Below, one piece after another: positions 11,960 through 23,100 of a stretch of DNA of 64,000 nucleotides. Each line of letters starts with the position of its first letter. Position 1 is the first letter of the stretch. The stretch is taken from the IMG/VR virus record IMGVR_UViG_3300044733_004038. The stretch is one strand, 5' to 3'. Origin of the DNA: an uncultured virus (IMG/VR IMGVR_UViG_3300044733_004038). Its lineage: Duplodnaviria; Heunggongvirae; Uroviricota; Caudoviricetes. A program made the position numbers and the translations under genes. The notes below the pieces were generated by a model, which worked only from the letters and a program-made list of their open reading frames with translations, was not told the DNA's origin and made no database searches.

Positions 11960-14008
11960 GTGAGTATCTTTTCTTTTCGCATTAGTGATGAGTTTGTCGC
12001 TAGTTACAAAGAGAAAAAACCGCCGTTTGGATATCAAGATGCCGCGGGCAACTCTGTAGGTGAAATTACTTTTCTTCGGACGTATTCACGACTAAAAGAT
12101 GACGGCACAAAGGAAACGTGGCCTGAAGTATGCGAAAGAGTCATTAACGGAATGTACTCGCTTCAAAAAGATCACTGCAAATCAAACAGACTTCCATGGA
12201 ATGATACAAAAGCTCAAGCGAGTGCTAAAGAAGCTTTTGACCGTATGTACAACCTTAAGTGGACACCGCCAGGGCGCGGTCTGTGGGTCATGGGCACGCC
12301 GCTTGTCAATGTTCAGCGAAACTCTGCCGCGCTGCAGAACTGCGCTTTTGTTTCAACTATTGAAATGAGTAAAAACAATCCAGCCAAACCATTTGCATTC
12401 CTTATGGAAGCATCAATGCTTGGTGTTGGCGTTGGATTTGATGACAAGGGTGCCGACAAAGACTTTACTATCTACGAGCCTGGCGCGACTGAAACTCCAG
12501 TAGTAATTGAAATACCAGATACTCGTGAAGGCTGGGTTACGTCGGTGGCAACATTGTTGAACACTTATCTAAAATCTGATCAAAATGAAGCTGTATTTGA
12601 CTATAAGCTTGTTCGCCCAGCCGGCGCGCCAATTAAAACATTTGGTGGAACTGCGGCTGGCCATGAGCCATTGTTGAAACTACACTCTCATATTCGTCGT
12701 CTTTTCAACAATCGAGCTGGTGAAAAGCTTACAAGAAAAGATATTGCTGACATCGGCAACCTCATCGGTGTATGCGTAGTTTCTGGTAACGTTCGTCGTT
12801 CTGCTGAATTGTTGATTGGTCGCATTGATGACCAAGACTTCTTGAACTTAAAGAATGCTGAAGTATTTCCAGAGCGCAACTCGTATAACGCTGACTCACC
12901 GGGCTGGGGCTGGATGTCGAATAACTCAGTTGAAACAGCAGTTGGAACAGATCTGTCACCTATTGTTGAAGGTATCGCAAGGAACGGTGAGCCTGGCGTT
13001 ATTTGGATGGACGTTTCTCGTAAGTACGGGCGTCTTGCAGACCCAGTAAATAATAAAGATCATCGCGTTGCCGGGTACAATCCTTGCGCCGAGCAAAGTC
13101 TAGAGTCATACGAGTGTTGCACGCTTGTTGAGACATATCTAAACCGTCATGAGTCTTTAGAAGACTACAAGCGCACTCTTAAGTTTGCGTACCTTTACGC
13201 AAAAACAGTGACGTTACTACCAACTCACTGGGAAGAAACAAATGCGATTATGCAACGGAACCGTCGCATTGGAACGTCAATGTCGGGTGTTGCAAACTTT
13301 GCAGATATTCATGGCTTGCCAGTTCTTCGTGACTGGATGGACGCAGGATATGCGACGATTAAAGACTATGACAATACGTATTCTGAGTGGTTAGGAATTC
13401 GCGAGTCAATTAAAATGACCACTGTCAAGCCGTCAGGTACAGTTTCAATTCTTGCTGGAGAGTCTCCAGGCGTTCACTGGACGCCAGGAGGTAAGTACTT
13501 TAACCGTGCAATTCGTTTTTCAAACGACGATCCAATGTTGCCATTGTTCAAAATGGCTAACTATCGTGTTGAACCAGCAAGCGAGTCTCCAATGACTACT
13601 TCTGTTGTGTTCTTTCCAATTAAGTCTGAGGCTGAACGCGCTGAGCGTGACGTAACAATCTTTGAAAAGATGTCGCTTGCCGCTACCGCGCAACGGCATT
13701 GGTCAGATAACTCAGTCTCTGTGACAATTTCTTTTGATCCAGACACTGAAGCACGGCACATTGGCACAGTTCTTCACATGTATGACGGTCAGATGAAGAG
13801 CGTTTCGTTCTTGCCAAGTGGAAACTCCACGTATCCGCAGATGCCGTATACTCAGATCAGTGAAGAAGAGTACAACTCGAGCATGGGAAGTCTTTTTCCA
13901 ATTGATTTTTCAGGCGTCTATGGTGGTCTTGCCGCCGACGCTATTGGTGAAGCTTACTGCACGACGGACGCGTGTGAGATAAAGTTTATCAAAGACAATC
14001 AAAAATAA
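11960..14008 (+). CDS. nrdJ: Class II (adenosylcobalamin-dependent) ribonucleotide reductase, monomeric RTPR type
   Basis: RTYSR, PPGRGLW, NCAF, GNVRRSA, NPCAE, TTVKPSGTVS and C-terminal CTTDAC. Confidence 0.93.
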   Translation: MSIFSFRISDEFVASYKEKKPPFGYQDAAGNSVGEITFLRTYSRLKDDGTKETWPEVCERVINGMYSLQKDHCKSNRLPWNDTKAQASAKEAFDRMYNLKWTPPGRGLWVMGTPLVNVQRNSAALQNCAFVSTIEMSKNNPAKPFAFLMEASMLGVGVGFDDKGADKDFTIYEPGATETPVVIEIPDTREGWVTSVATLLNTYLKSDQNEAVFDYKLVRPAGAPIKTFGGTAAGHEPLLKLHSHIRRLFNNRAGEKLTRKDIADIGNLIGVCVVSGNVRRSAELLIGRIDDQDFLNLKNAEVFPERNSYNADSPGWGWMSNNSVETAVGTDLSPIVEGIARNGEPGVIWMDVSRKYGRLADPVNNKDHRVAGYNPCAEQSLESYECCTLVETYLNRHESLEDYKRTLKFAYLYAKTVTLLPTHWEETNAIMQRNRRIGTSMSGVANFADIHGLPVLRDWMDAGYATIKDYDNTYSEWLGIRESIKMTTVKPSGTVSILAGESPGVHWTPGGKYFNRAIRFSNDDPMLPLFKMANYRVEPASESPMTTSVVFFPIKSEAERAERDVTIFEKMSLAATAQRHWSDNSVSVTISFDPDTEARHIGTVLHMYDGQMKSVSFLPSGNSTYPQMPYTQISEEEYNSSMGSLFPIDFSGVYGGLAADAIGEAYCTTDACEIKFIKDNQK

Positions 14009-14068
14009 GTAATGTGACTATGTCTAGTTATGAACTAAAAAGAAAGCTAGGCACAAGACTACAGAACA

Positions 14069-14971
14069 ATGTCAATTGTAATTGGGTCGAGCTCTATGAC
14101 ATTGCAAAATGACATGTTTGCAAAAGATTTTTTTAAGCAAAATGTCCGTCTTATAGAAATTGAGCTGTTTTCCTTTTGCAACAGAACATGCTGGTTTTGT
14201 CCAAATTCAGAAATTGATAGACTTTCGCACAATGTTGTTCTTGAAGAAAGCACGTACTTAGACATAATTTCGCAGTTGGCGAAAGTAAACTATGACGGTG
14301 AGATTACGTATAGCAGATACAATGAGCCTTTGTCTAACAAAGACATAATCTTGTCTCGAATAAAAGCTGCTCGAGACATGCTTCCTTTAGCTAAACTGCG
14401 CACAAATACAAACGGAGACTATCTAGATAGAGAGTATATTTTTCAGCTTCGCGACGCTGGACTAAACGAACTATTTGTGCAGCAGTACCTTAGTAATAAT
14501 GAACTTTACGATCATAAAAAAATTTCGTCAAAATTGTTCAAAAAAGCTGTAGATCTTGGTTTTACGTACTCAATTGTTTCAGATATTCCTGGGCAAAGAA
14601 TTGAGGTAAATCTCAATACAGTTGGAATAACTACGCACATACGCGCTAGAAATTTTAGCAAAGAAGGCTCGGGTAGAACTAAATTTCTTAGCTCTATTGT
14701 GTCTAGTTCATATGTTCGAACAAAGTCTTGCAGTCAGCCGTTCAACAATATGTACGTTGACTACAACGGAAATGTCATGGTTTGCTGTAACACCCGCTCA
14801 GATATCAACAGTCACGCTGGCGGAATCATGGGCAACGTGTCAAAAAATAAACTATGGGAAATATTTATTTCTGATGCGTATGCTCCTTGGAGAAACATGC
14901 TTGGTCAAGACGGAATAAAAACTGGAATATGCGCGACGTGCAAGATAGGTCTTTCTACTAATGAGTTCTGA
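14069..14971 (+). CDS. Radical SAM protein with SPASM/twitch domain
   Basis: CNRTCWFC motif, NEPL, NTNGD; C-terminal C..PF...CC...C..C; start uncertain. Confidence 0.88.
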   Translation: MSIVIGSSSMTLQNDMFAKDFFKQNVRLIEIELFSFCNRTCWFCPNSEIDRLSHNVVLEESTYLDIISQLAKVNYDGEITYSRYNEPLSNKDIILSRIKAARDMLPLAKLRTNTNGDYLDREYIFQLRDAGLNELFVQQYLSNNELYDHKKISSKLFKKAVDLGFTYSIVSDIPGQRIEVNLNTVGITTHIRARNFSKEGSGRTKFLSSIVSSSYVRTKSCSQPFNNMYVDYNGNVMVCCNTRSDINSHAGGIMGNVSKNKLWEIFISDAYAPWRNMLGQDGIKTGICATCKIGLSTNEF

Positions 14972-15929
14972 AACTAAGTTTTCTGTAGACAGCATCACCG
15001 AACACCCAGTCGCTGGACGCATCTACACCGTCCAAGAACTCAATAATCTTACAATTACTAATAACGACTCAGAACCATTGATATTTCCTGGCGTCACATA
15101 CTTAGCGCTATCTGTTCCTCAGTACGGTCATATGTTGCACGACATCTACGCGCAATGGCGTATGATTCAAAGCATGTACGACGCGCAAATTGTTCTCACA
15201 AATTTATCTAATAAGGGAATGTATTATGGCAACGGCTGGCTACACAAGGTTATTGATGACTTCTTTGATTTAACAGGCTACAATAAAGACCACGTCATTG
15301 ATATCTCGCGCTACAACTACAAGTTCGAGCGTGTTGTTGCCATATTTGACATGTGTAACCTCACCCCGTATTTCCGCCACTACCTGCCGTTCTGTAGCTG
15401 CTACATGGGAACTGAGGCATGCGGGAGCAGTGAATGGTTCAAGTACAACCAGGATGCCGTGAAAATACTACGACAGGACCTTAGTCATTTGTTTCAACCG
15501 CCATCTAACAGTCGTATCTACATATCACGCAGCCGTTATAACGAAGAATATAAGCGACAGGCTGAGCGCGGTTTGAACTTAGAACGGGCACGACTTAGAT
15601 ACTTTGCTGACGAGCAAGCAGTCGAAGACCTCTTTGTAGCAAATGATTATAAAGTAGTGCATGCACAGGACTATGGTTTATACGAACAGGTCCGCGAGTT
15701 CAGCCAAGCAAGTCATGTTGCAAGCATCTCAGGAGCTGGTTTACTTAACTTAATGTGGTGCGATGCTCACACAACTGGTATAGAAATATGTGCGGTGCCA
15801 AGATACAAATGGCATTTTGACATTTTTGCACAGTACGCGAATGTCAGCAACTATAAAAAAGTAGACACTATTGGTTATGATATACAAATGACGCTAAAAA
15901 CCATTAGCTCTGCGCTACAAGATATATAG
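14961..15929 (+). CDS. Glycosyltransferase family 61-like
   Basis: QYGHML, IYISRS, EQVREFSQA and SGAGLLNLMW motifs. Confidence 0.8.
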   Translation: MSSETKFSVDSITEHPVAGRIYTVQELNNLTITNNDSEPLIFPGVTYLALSVPQYGHMLHDIYAQWRMIQSMYDAQIVLTNLSNKGMYYGNGWLHKVIDDFFDLTGYNKDHVIDISRYNYKFERVVAIFDMCNLTPYFRHYLPFCSCYMGTEACGSSEWFKYNQDAVKILRQDLSHLFQPPSNSRIYISRSRYNEEYKRQAERGLNLERARLRYFADEQAVEDLFVANDYKVVHAQDYGLYEQVREFSQASHVASISGAGLLNLMWCDAHTTGIEICAVPRYKWHFDIFAQYANVSNYKKVDTIGYDIQMTLKTISSALQDI

Positions 15930-16138
15930 CTAAGGCGCTACATAACCAAGGTTTCTTATAAAAATTAGCCTGTGCAGGCGCGGTGCGACTAGTTGCTGCA
16001 GGCTGCTAGATATCGTCCTGCTCACTTGCACTCAGTTCACTCATGGCGCATTGGACAGGGTTTAGCGCCTGTGAACTCGCAGGTCTAGAATACGGGATAG
16101 AATTTGCGGTAGGGAGAGACTTACGATATGGAAGTCTT

Positions 16139-16393
16139 ATGGAACAGATAAAGAACATATGCCTGAGGATTCTGGCAACTTTTGCTGCGTCAGGTCTTGG
16201 CGTTGTTGGAGCTGGCGCTATTGCAGGAATTCCTTTGTATAAAGCCATATTCATGGCTGGCATCGCTGGTGTAGCAACTGTGATTGAAGGGCTATCTCGC
16301 GCGTTTTTAGATGATGGAAAGCTCAGTTTAGCTGAAATCAATGATGTATTTAATAAAGTAGATCGCAAAAACTCTACAGAGAAAGCACAATAA
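16139..16393 (+). CDS. Holin-like membrane protein
   Basis: Two hydrophobic helices then DDGKLSLAEINDVF; start reassigned to ATG 16139. Confidence 0.6.
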   Translation: MEQIKNICLRILATFAASGLGVVGAGAIAGIPLYKAIFMAGIAGVATVIEGLSRAFLDDGKLSLAEINDVFNKVDRKNSTEKAQ

Positions 16394-16398
16394 ATTAC

Positions 16399-16551
16399 AT
16401 GCCAGTAGCTGAAGAAGCCGTTGTACACATTGATAAGGCCTTGGAACAACTAATAGGACGCAGTCTTTTGTCTTCTCTTGAGGTCTGTGACACTCTACTT
16501 GATCTTCGTCAGTTGATTACAGAATACGAAAACACTAGCCATGAAAACTAA
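16399..16551 (+). CDS. Small hypothetical protein (50 aa)
   Basis: MPVAEEAVVHIDKAL...DTLLDLRQL; fills the gap in the operon. Confidence 0.5.
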   Translation: MPVAEEAVVHIDKALEQLIGRSLLSSLEVCDTLLDLRQLITEYENTSHEN

Positions 16552-16741
16552 GTTGTTAGTTATCGCCGCGGGAATTGCGATAGCATCGTCCTGCGGCTAC
16601 GACGGTTCATATAGATACTCATGCCAAGATCCAAAAAACTGGGAAAGTAAGGAATGTGAGCCACCAATATGCGAAGTAGATGGAAACTGCACAAAAACAT
16701 TACTTGGATGGGATCCAACAGAGGAGACAATCGCGCCATGA
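16541..16741 (+). CDS. Cys-rich lipoprotein
   Basis: Lipobox IASSC; CQDPKNW...CEPPIC...C. Confidence 0.7.
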   Translation: MKTKLLVIAAGIAIASSCGYDGSYRYSCQDPKNWESKECEPPICEVDGNCTKTLLGWDPTEETIAP

Positions 16742-17025
16742 GACCACGACTGACACCAGCAGAGCTTGACGCACGACTTAAGTTTGTTATTGGTTGCGTG
16801 CTTGGTTTTGTTTTGACAATTACTACTATTGGCGTTCTTTGGGCTTTGGTATTTGTTACTCAGCCAATTGGCGCTCAAGCCGAAAACGACAAAATGTTTT
16901 TTGGAGTTCTGTCCTCAGTGGCTACTTTCATTACAGGAACACTTGCGGGTTTGATGATTTCAACAGGGCGCAATGCAGAAGACAAAAATGGCAATGGAAT
17001 TCCAGATCATCTTGAAGGCTCATAA
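16738..17025 (+). CDS. Two-TM membrane protein
   Basis: ATGA overlap with the lipoprotein stop; two TM helices; DKNGNGIPD tail. Confidence 0.7.
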   Translation: MRPRLTPAELDARLKFVIGCVLGFVLTITTIGVLWALVFVTQPIGAQAENDKMFFGVLSSVATFITGTLAGLMISTGRNAEDKNGNGIPDHLEGS

Positions 17026-17432
17026 TGTACGAGTACAGAATTAAACGAGTTCTTAAAGTCGTAGACGGAGACACTATAGATGTTGATATTGATCTTGGGT
17101 TTAATATTTCTTACTACCAGCGAGTCCGTCTTGCTGGCATTGATACACCAGAATCTCGCACTACGGACTTAGCCGAGAAGGCGCTTGGGATTGAGGTAAA
17201 AGATCGCGTCAAGCACCTCATTGACAACGCAAAAAAAATTGTCATCAAAACTGAAAAACCAGACAGTTCAGAAAAGTATGGACGCATTCTTGGCTGGTTG
17301 TATCTTGACGGAGCAGAAACTTCTGTCAACCACGCGCTGATTGCCGATGGCTACGCTTGGGAGTACATGGGTGATGCAAAAGTAAAAGACTATGGGGTCT
17401 TAGCAGCAAGACGCGCTGCAAGCAAAAAATAA
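17025..17432 (+). CDS. Thermonuclease (SNase family)
   Basis: VVDGDT, RVRLAGIDTPE and KYGRIL motifs. Confidence 0.9.
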   Translation: MYEYRIKRVLKVVDGDTIDVDIDLGFNISYYQRVRLAGIDTPESRTTDLAEKALGIEVKDRVKHLIDNAKKIVIKTEKPDSSEKYGRILGWLYLDGAETSVNHALIADGYAWEYMGDAKVKDYGVLAARRAASKK

Positions 17433-17538
17433 TGGAAAACAATTATTTTTACAACTTAGAAAGTGTAAATTCTTTTTACGATCCAGAAGACAGAGAATCG
17501 TACATCTATGACCCAGAACTAACAAGTAAGGCAGTTGA

Positions 17539-17787
17539 ATGCGTGTTTGGATAGATCAAGACTTATGTACTGGCGATGGACTGTGCGCAGAGGTGGCCCC
17601 GGATGTTTTCATCATGCTGGAGGATGGACTGGCCTACGTTCAAGAGAATGGCAAAGTATTTTCCAAGCTGCGGGGAAACGAAGAAGGCGCAAGCGGTTTA
17701 GCCTCTTTCGCAGAAGACCGCCTTGGTGATGTTGTTGAAGCTGCAGAAGACTGCCCTGGTGAATGTATTTTTATAGAAGTTGACTAA
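17539..17787 (+). CDS. Ferredoxin (single cluster, C-x2-D-x2-C...CP)
   Basis: LCTGDGLCAEVAPDVF...DCPGECI. Confidence 0.9.
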   Translation: MRVWIDQDLCTGDGLCAEVAPDVFIMLEDGLAYVQENGKVFSKLRGNEEGASGLASFAEDRLGDVVEAAEDCPGECIFIEVD

Positions 17788-17819
17788 ACAGCGTAGTTGG
17801 CAGTATATTTAACTACAAT

Positions 17820-18170
17820 ATGGGAAGCCACGTTGGCGAATCAATAGATAGAAAATACAAAAAAGCATTCGACAAAGACGTCGAGTGGATGACACACGCT
17901 GAGTGCAAAGGCATGACTCATCTGTTTTACGAGCCGCACAACGAGCAAGAAAGCGCGCGAATAAGGCGCGAAGAGTTGGCAAGAGCAATATGCAAAGTTT
18001 GCCCCGTCGCTATTGAATGTAAACAATTTGCTCGGAGAAACAGCGAATACGGCATCTGGGGAGATGAGTTAGAAATTGAAAGATGGCGAAAAGGGTACAT
18101 CGTCAACGACATTTCACTGAAACATAAACTACGCGGTTTTCACAGAACTTTACAAAGACAAACTAATTAG
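17820..18170 (+). CDS. whiB: WhiB family transcription factor
   Basis: W..AEC...ICKVCPVAIEC...GIWG. Confidence 0.88.
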   Translation: MGSHVGESIDRKYKKAFDKDVEWMTHAECKGMTHLFYEPHNEQESARIRREELARAICKVCPVAIECKQFARRNSEYGIWGDELEIERWRKGYIVNDISLKHKLRGFHRTLQRQTN

Positions 18171-18562
18171 TCTAAGCTATGGTACAAATTATGAACCGGC
18201 TTGTAATCTTTCGGTGCGTTTTCTCTGTTTAACGTTTTATATGTTCCTTTAGAGCTTTTCATTAACTCGCCGGGAAGCCCTGTTTCTTCGCATACTGATG
18301 TTGACATCGCTTCGTACTTTTCAATGATTTCGCTCATCATGTAGTACTTGCGCATGTCTTTTGAATTGTAGTAAAAGCGCAGTTCTCCAAATTTTTCTTT
18401 AATTTGAAAGATAGTATAGTCTGGGTCAATAAGAGCTAGCTGATAGTCTAAGTCCCAAATTAGTTGATACCAACCCTCTCCACAGAATATTTTTTTACCA
18501 TATTCTTTATGCATTCTGTCTATGACATGCGAAAGATCTATTCTGTAAGTTTCTGCGTTCAT
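18167..18562 (-). CDS. Conserved phage hypothetical protein (QIKEKFG-LRFY family)
   Basis: CGEGW, QIKEKFGELRFY and CEETGLPG motifs. Confidence 0.75.
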   Translation of the reverse strand: MNAETYRIDLSHVIDRMHKEYGKKIFCGEGWYQLIWDLDYQLALIDPDYTIFQIKEKFGELRFYYNSKDMRKYYMMSEIIEKYEAMSTSVCEETGLPGELMKSSKGTYKTLNRENAPKDYKPVHNLYHSLD

Positions 18563-19341
18563 TAAAACCTCTCTGTAGTAACAACACTGCCGCGTCTTTC
18601 AGACTCTGGCGGCAACTCTTCTCTGACGAGACAACGAAGAAGCCACCTGTCTGTTCCGTCATATCTTGGACTAAATGGCTTACGTCCGTGAATTGCTCTA
18701 CTGTTATTGATGATAAGAACATCGCCGGCTCTCAACGTAACTTCTTCAGTGTTACTTGCTATCACTTTATTTAGCTCGTCAAGCGCAGTTTGCGCCTTTG
18801 TATTAGTTCCTTGAACAAACGCTTGATCATGCGTTATCTGGTATCCATTTGACGTTTCTTCTAGTATAGACAGTTCTACTCGTTGGTCTTGTTCTCCATT
18901 TGTCCGAAAACTTGCATCAACTCTTGTAGTGTACTGCGTTTTAAGCAGCTCAGTTATTGATTGAGCGCTCAGCGATTTGACTAATGTCTTTACGTCAGCG
19001 TACGTTGTCGCCGCGTTTTTGTCGCCGCGAAGACACGCAAGAACTACGTAGTCTGGCTTATAAGGATGAAAAGCGGTTTCAGTGTGAAGTGCTAGATCTA
19101 CCTTAGATGACGTAGATATCTGTTCAGACTCAGTGCTTTTTATTGGAAACAAATGATGAATTAGTTTTCCATTTTGCTCTTGAGTATAGCCAATTGTATA
19201 ACCGTATGCAAGTGAAAGATTCAACAGTTCGGCGTATGCGTCTGGCAAACGGACTTGAGTTTCATGAGAAAGCGGAGTAGGCGGTATATCACCAAAGTAG
19301 CAACCACTTATACGTCTTACAGAAAAGTCCTTTAGCGCCAT
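18562..19341 (-). CDS. Fe(II)/2-oxoglutarate dioxygenase, TauD/clavaminate synthase (AsnO/VioC-like)
   Basis: LHTETAF, PDYVVLACLR, IHGR and DRWLLR motifs. Confidence 0.88.
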   Translation of the reverse strand: MALKDFSVRRISGCYFGDIPPTPLSHETQVRLPDAYAELLNLSLAYGYTIGYTQEQNGKLIHHLFPIKSTESEQISTSSKVDLALHTETAFHPYKPDYVVLACLRGDKNAATTYADVKTLVKSLSAQSITELLKTQYTTRVDASFRTNGEQDQRVELSILEETSNGYQITHDQAFVQGTNTKAQTALDELNKVIASNTEEVTLRAGDVLIINNSRAIHGRKPFSPRYDGTDRWLLRCLVREELPPESERRGSVVTTERF

Positions 19342-19349
19342 TACAAAAT

Positions 19350-19844
19350 TTAATTTGTTGTGTAGCGACTCTGCTGGTTACGTAGCTGATGCCGCTGAAT
19401 TCCATAATATAGCGGATAAGTGTGCGATAGACCAAGCCCACGTGCTATAGCAGATAGCGACACACCGTTGCTGTACGCCGCCGCAAGCTGCTCGTAGTAT
19501 TCTCGTGTTCCTTCAGCCCGCGCTGATTTAATTTTAGCGAGCAGCTCGTCAGTAGCTGGAGTAGTTTTTGATGCACTCTTTCTTCCTGCTGATTTTGGAG
19601 TGAGACCCGCAGTCATGACGCGACGGCGAAGTCCAGAGTACGCGACTCCAAGCTCATTGGCTAGACTTAGCAGACTTCCTTTTTTGTCAACAAAATCAAC
19701 AAGTAACCGAGTGTACTCGGCACTGGCAACATGCGCAGGAGACGTCTGCGCTCTAGAACCATACGCTCTTTTGGCAAGAGACAGTATTGGCTTGATTCTT
19801 TCTGCGTATTCTGCGACTAAGTTGTTCTTTTCTTCAGATGTCAT
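19350..19844 (-). CDS. Tandem HTH DNA-binding protein
   Basis: SLLSLANELGVAYSGLRRR and SLSAIARGLGL. Confidence 0.7.
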   Translation of the reverse strand: MTSEEKNNLVAEYAERIKPILSLAKRAYGSRAQTSPAHVASAEYTRLLVDFVDKKGSLLSLANELGVAYSGLRRRVMTAGLTPKSAGRKSASKTTPATDELLAKIKSARAEGTREYYEQLAAAYSNGVSLSAIARGLGLSHTYPLYYGIQRHQLRNQQSRYTTN

Positions 19845-19931
19845 TATTTCTCCTGTAGCATATGTGCGTTATACAATGATTATACAACCATATAAAGCAC
19901 AAAAGTGCACACAAAGAGAAATAGTGTTGAG

Positions 19932-20129
19932 CTACTCCATGTCGTTCTTGAGCATTACATGAACGTAATGGACGAACAAAGCAACTCCAGTTGCGATCAT
20001 AGCCATTCGTCTAGTGTCGCCAGACAGCGTGATAAACACGACAACACTACCTGCTAGGGTAAATGAGAGTGCTGCTGTCTCGTTTGCGAACTTTTTAGCA
20101 AAGCCTACTGGACTGAATTTTCTTTTCAT
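19932..20129 (-). CDS. Small membrane protein
   Basis: Two hydrophobic segments, directly after the large surface protein. Confidence 0.6.
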   Translation of the reverse strand: MKRKFSPVGFAKKFANETAALSFTLAGSVVVFITLSGDTRRMAMIATGVALFVHYVHVMLKNDME

Positions 20130-20132
20130 AAC

Positions 20133-23100
20133 TTACTCCTCGATATATTTGTAGATACTGTTACGGGTAAACTCTTTGTCATCTTCGTCTTCTTCTCCAC
20201 CTGCAATCTCTCCTGCAGCTTCTTGCTCGGCTTCATTCTCTTTTCGTGCTGCGTTGTTGCTGTCACTAACGCTGCCACTGCCACTGCCCGAACTGCCGCC
20301 GCTAGGCGCGCTAGGGGCTCCCGCAGCCGCGGTGCCAGCCACGGCCATGGTTGATACGGCTGCAGCTGCAGCGACAAGAGAACGACGAGTTCCAACATCA
20401 ACGCTAGAGTCAACTGGGACATACGTGTCAAATACTCCAGCAAACACATTGATTTCTTCTTGGAATGCTTCTTTTACTTCTGTTACAGCTCCCGCAAGTG
20501 CCTCGGCAATTTCAGTACCCGCTTCTTGCGAGACCTCGGCAACAACGATTGCGGCAAACACTTCTGTCGCTTGTTCGCCGTCAATGCTTTCAAGCACTTT
20601 GGAGCTCGTTGCCAGTTCCGTTGCTTGGTCACTAGGAATACCACCTTCCTGTTGAATTACCAATGTGACAACTTGTCCAACTTGCTCGCCCGTAATCGTG
20701 TCCGATTCCAAGACGTCCACGATGACGCCGAGCGACTCTTCGTTAAGTTCATTACCCAAGACTGCGGTAAAGGTTTCAATCAAAACCTCGGTGCTTACTT
20801 CTTCGTCAAAGACTGCATCAAGTGCGGCGCCCAAATTGTCTGCGGTAAGACCGTCTTTCAATACATCAACGATAAGGTCAATGGTTTCTGCATCGGAAAG
20901 GTCATCGTCAAACACGCTGTCAAAGATTGCTTCTGTTTCTGCTTGACTGAGATTTGTTTCAAGCAAGTCGTCAAGTACGGTCATAGTGTCTGCAGCCGAA
21001 ATGTCCTCGTCAAATACTGCGTCCATAACTTTGTCTAGGTCACCAGAACTAAGCGGACCATCAAAGATTGACACCAAAGCCGACACCATATTCTCAGCAG
21101 AAGTATCCTCCGAGAATGCTGAATCCAAAACTACTGTCAACTGTTCGCTGGTGATGTCTGCATCCAGCATCGTCGTCAGTGCTTCAGTGAATACATCTGC
21201 CGAAACATCTTCGGTAAACACGGCTTCTAGGACATTGTCAAATTGAGCGTCGGTAAGTTCTGCGCCAAGGAGCGTGTCAAGAACAGCGCCAACCTCGTCA
21301 GCCTCAATATCAGTAGTGAACGTATTTTCAAGAATATTGTCCAATATGACCGTTGTGATTGGCTCGTCGTCTTCTATGTCTGTGACGGTATAATCATCTG
21401 GTGGAATTATTACTACTACCGTTTCAGTTTCTGTTGGGTCTACTTCAATTGGTAGTAAAGTTGTTTCTGTTGATTCCCACTCTTCTGGGATGGTTACTGT
21501 TGGCAATTCGGTTCCAGGTAATGTTTCTGTTGGAAGCGTCACCGTTGTGGATTCTGTTTCAGGTAATGGGATTATGTATGGTGGTTCTGTTGTATCAGTT
21601 GGCGAAGAGTCGCCTCCGTTATCGGATTGACCAGGATTATTGGGACCTGGAACGGGCTGATAGGGAACTGTTGTAGTTGTACTAGTGGTAGTAGTTGTTA
21701 CGGGAGTCGGGTCAATAACTGTTGCATCAATAGTTACTTCAGGGCCATAGGTGCAACTACCAGTTCCAACCCCAACACACCCGCCCGTCATTGCTTTGAT
21801 ACCAAAACGAACTGGTCCATATCCTGTCGTGACAGGGTTACTGCCAGAAAACATCCCAGTGCTCAACGAGTAGTTGGTTCCTTGATTAGTCCAAACGCCC
21901 CAGCCACCTGATGTTGCTCCACCAATTACGGTGAGGTCGTAGAAACTAACTGAGTAACCGTAGATGACGCAATTGCTTGCCGCCGATGCATCCCAATCAA
22001 GGTCAACACTTCCGTCTGCGTTTGCAACAGCCGTCAAGTTCGTAACTGGATTCAGGTAAGCCGCAGTGATTGTGTTGTTGGACTCCACATACCCAGAGCC
22101 AGAGAAATTGTTTGTGTTTAGCGCAGTAACGCCAAATGTATTTCCACTGGCTGTTGAGAACGAGTTTGCGCTTGCTCCGTTGTAACTGGTTGACCCGTTG
22201 TTCCAAGAGTTTGCAAATTGAATAGCAGTGGTGTTGCCGTTGAATGTACTACCTGAAACTGTTTGGTTGCCAGCGCCAACAGCCCAACTTGTTGGAATCC
22301 AAGACGAGAAATACAAGCCAATACCGTTTGAAGTAAATGTCGAGTTGGTTACCTGTTGACGGTTGAGCCCATTCAACGAAGCGCCAGCCTGTGTATTGTT
22401 GGAAAATTGCGTGTTGTTTATCTTGAAAAATCTTTGTCCAGATATTCCGTAGGTGTTATTAGAAAAAACCGAATCATAAACGTATGTGCGATTTGTGTAA
22501 TCAGAATCCGTTTGACTTAAAGCCGATGGCGTTGAACCATAGTCTCCAGCAATACCAATATATAGATAGTCAAATGTTGTATTCGTTAGGGTTGAGACAG
22601 AGCCATTGTTATTGTTAAATACCGCAGAGCCTCCACTCATTCCAGTGAAGCGAATGTTGGTGGCAGACAAAGTGCCCGAACCATTAAGTATCAGACCGCC
22701 GTTAGTTGCTTGTCCTTGCTTTAAAGTCATGTCCGAAATGGTCAGTGACTTGGTGCTTGCAATATTGAATGGGCGATAGAGATTGTTTCCATCAATTATT
22801 GTCTGTGTTCTTCCGTTTCCTGTGACTGTGAGGTTTTGTGTAACTTGAGGGAGCGCACTGGTCAAGGTGATTGTGCCATCAATATCAAAAGTGATTGCGT
22901 CGTAGATTCCACCTGCGGTTGCATTCGCTTGGGTGATTGCCCAGCGAAGAGTTCCGCTTGAACCATCATCTAAGAGACTCGTAACTTCGAGCGATGTTGG
23001 TGCAGGAATCGTAGTAGTTGTAGTAGTTGTCGTCGTAGTACTTGTGGTAGTTGTACTACTGGTAGTAGTGGTTTGGGCAACAGTAGTTGTAGTTGTAGGC

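Noticed and set aside
11960..14008. Intein or intron in nrdJ (also considered for terL and the primase)
   Set aside because: ORFs are continuous, of normal length and lack intein or homing-endonuclease motifs
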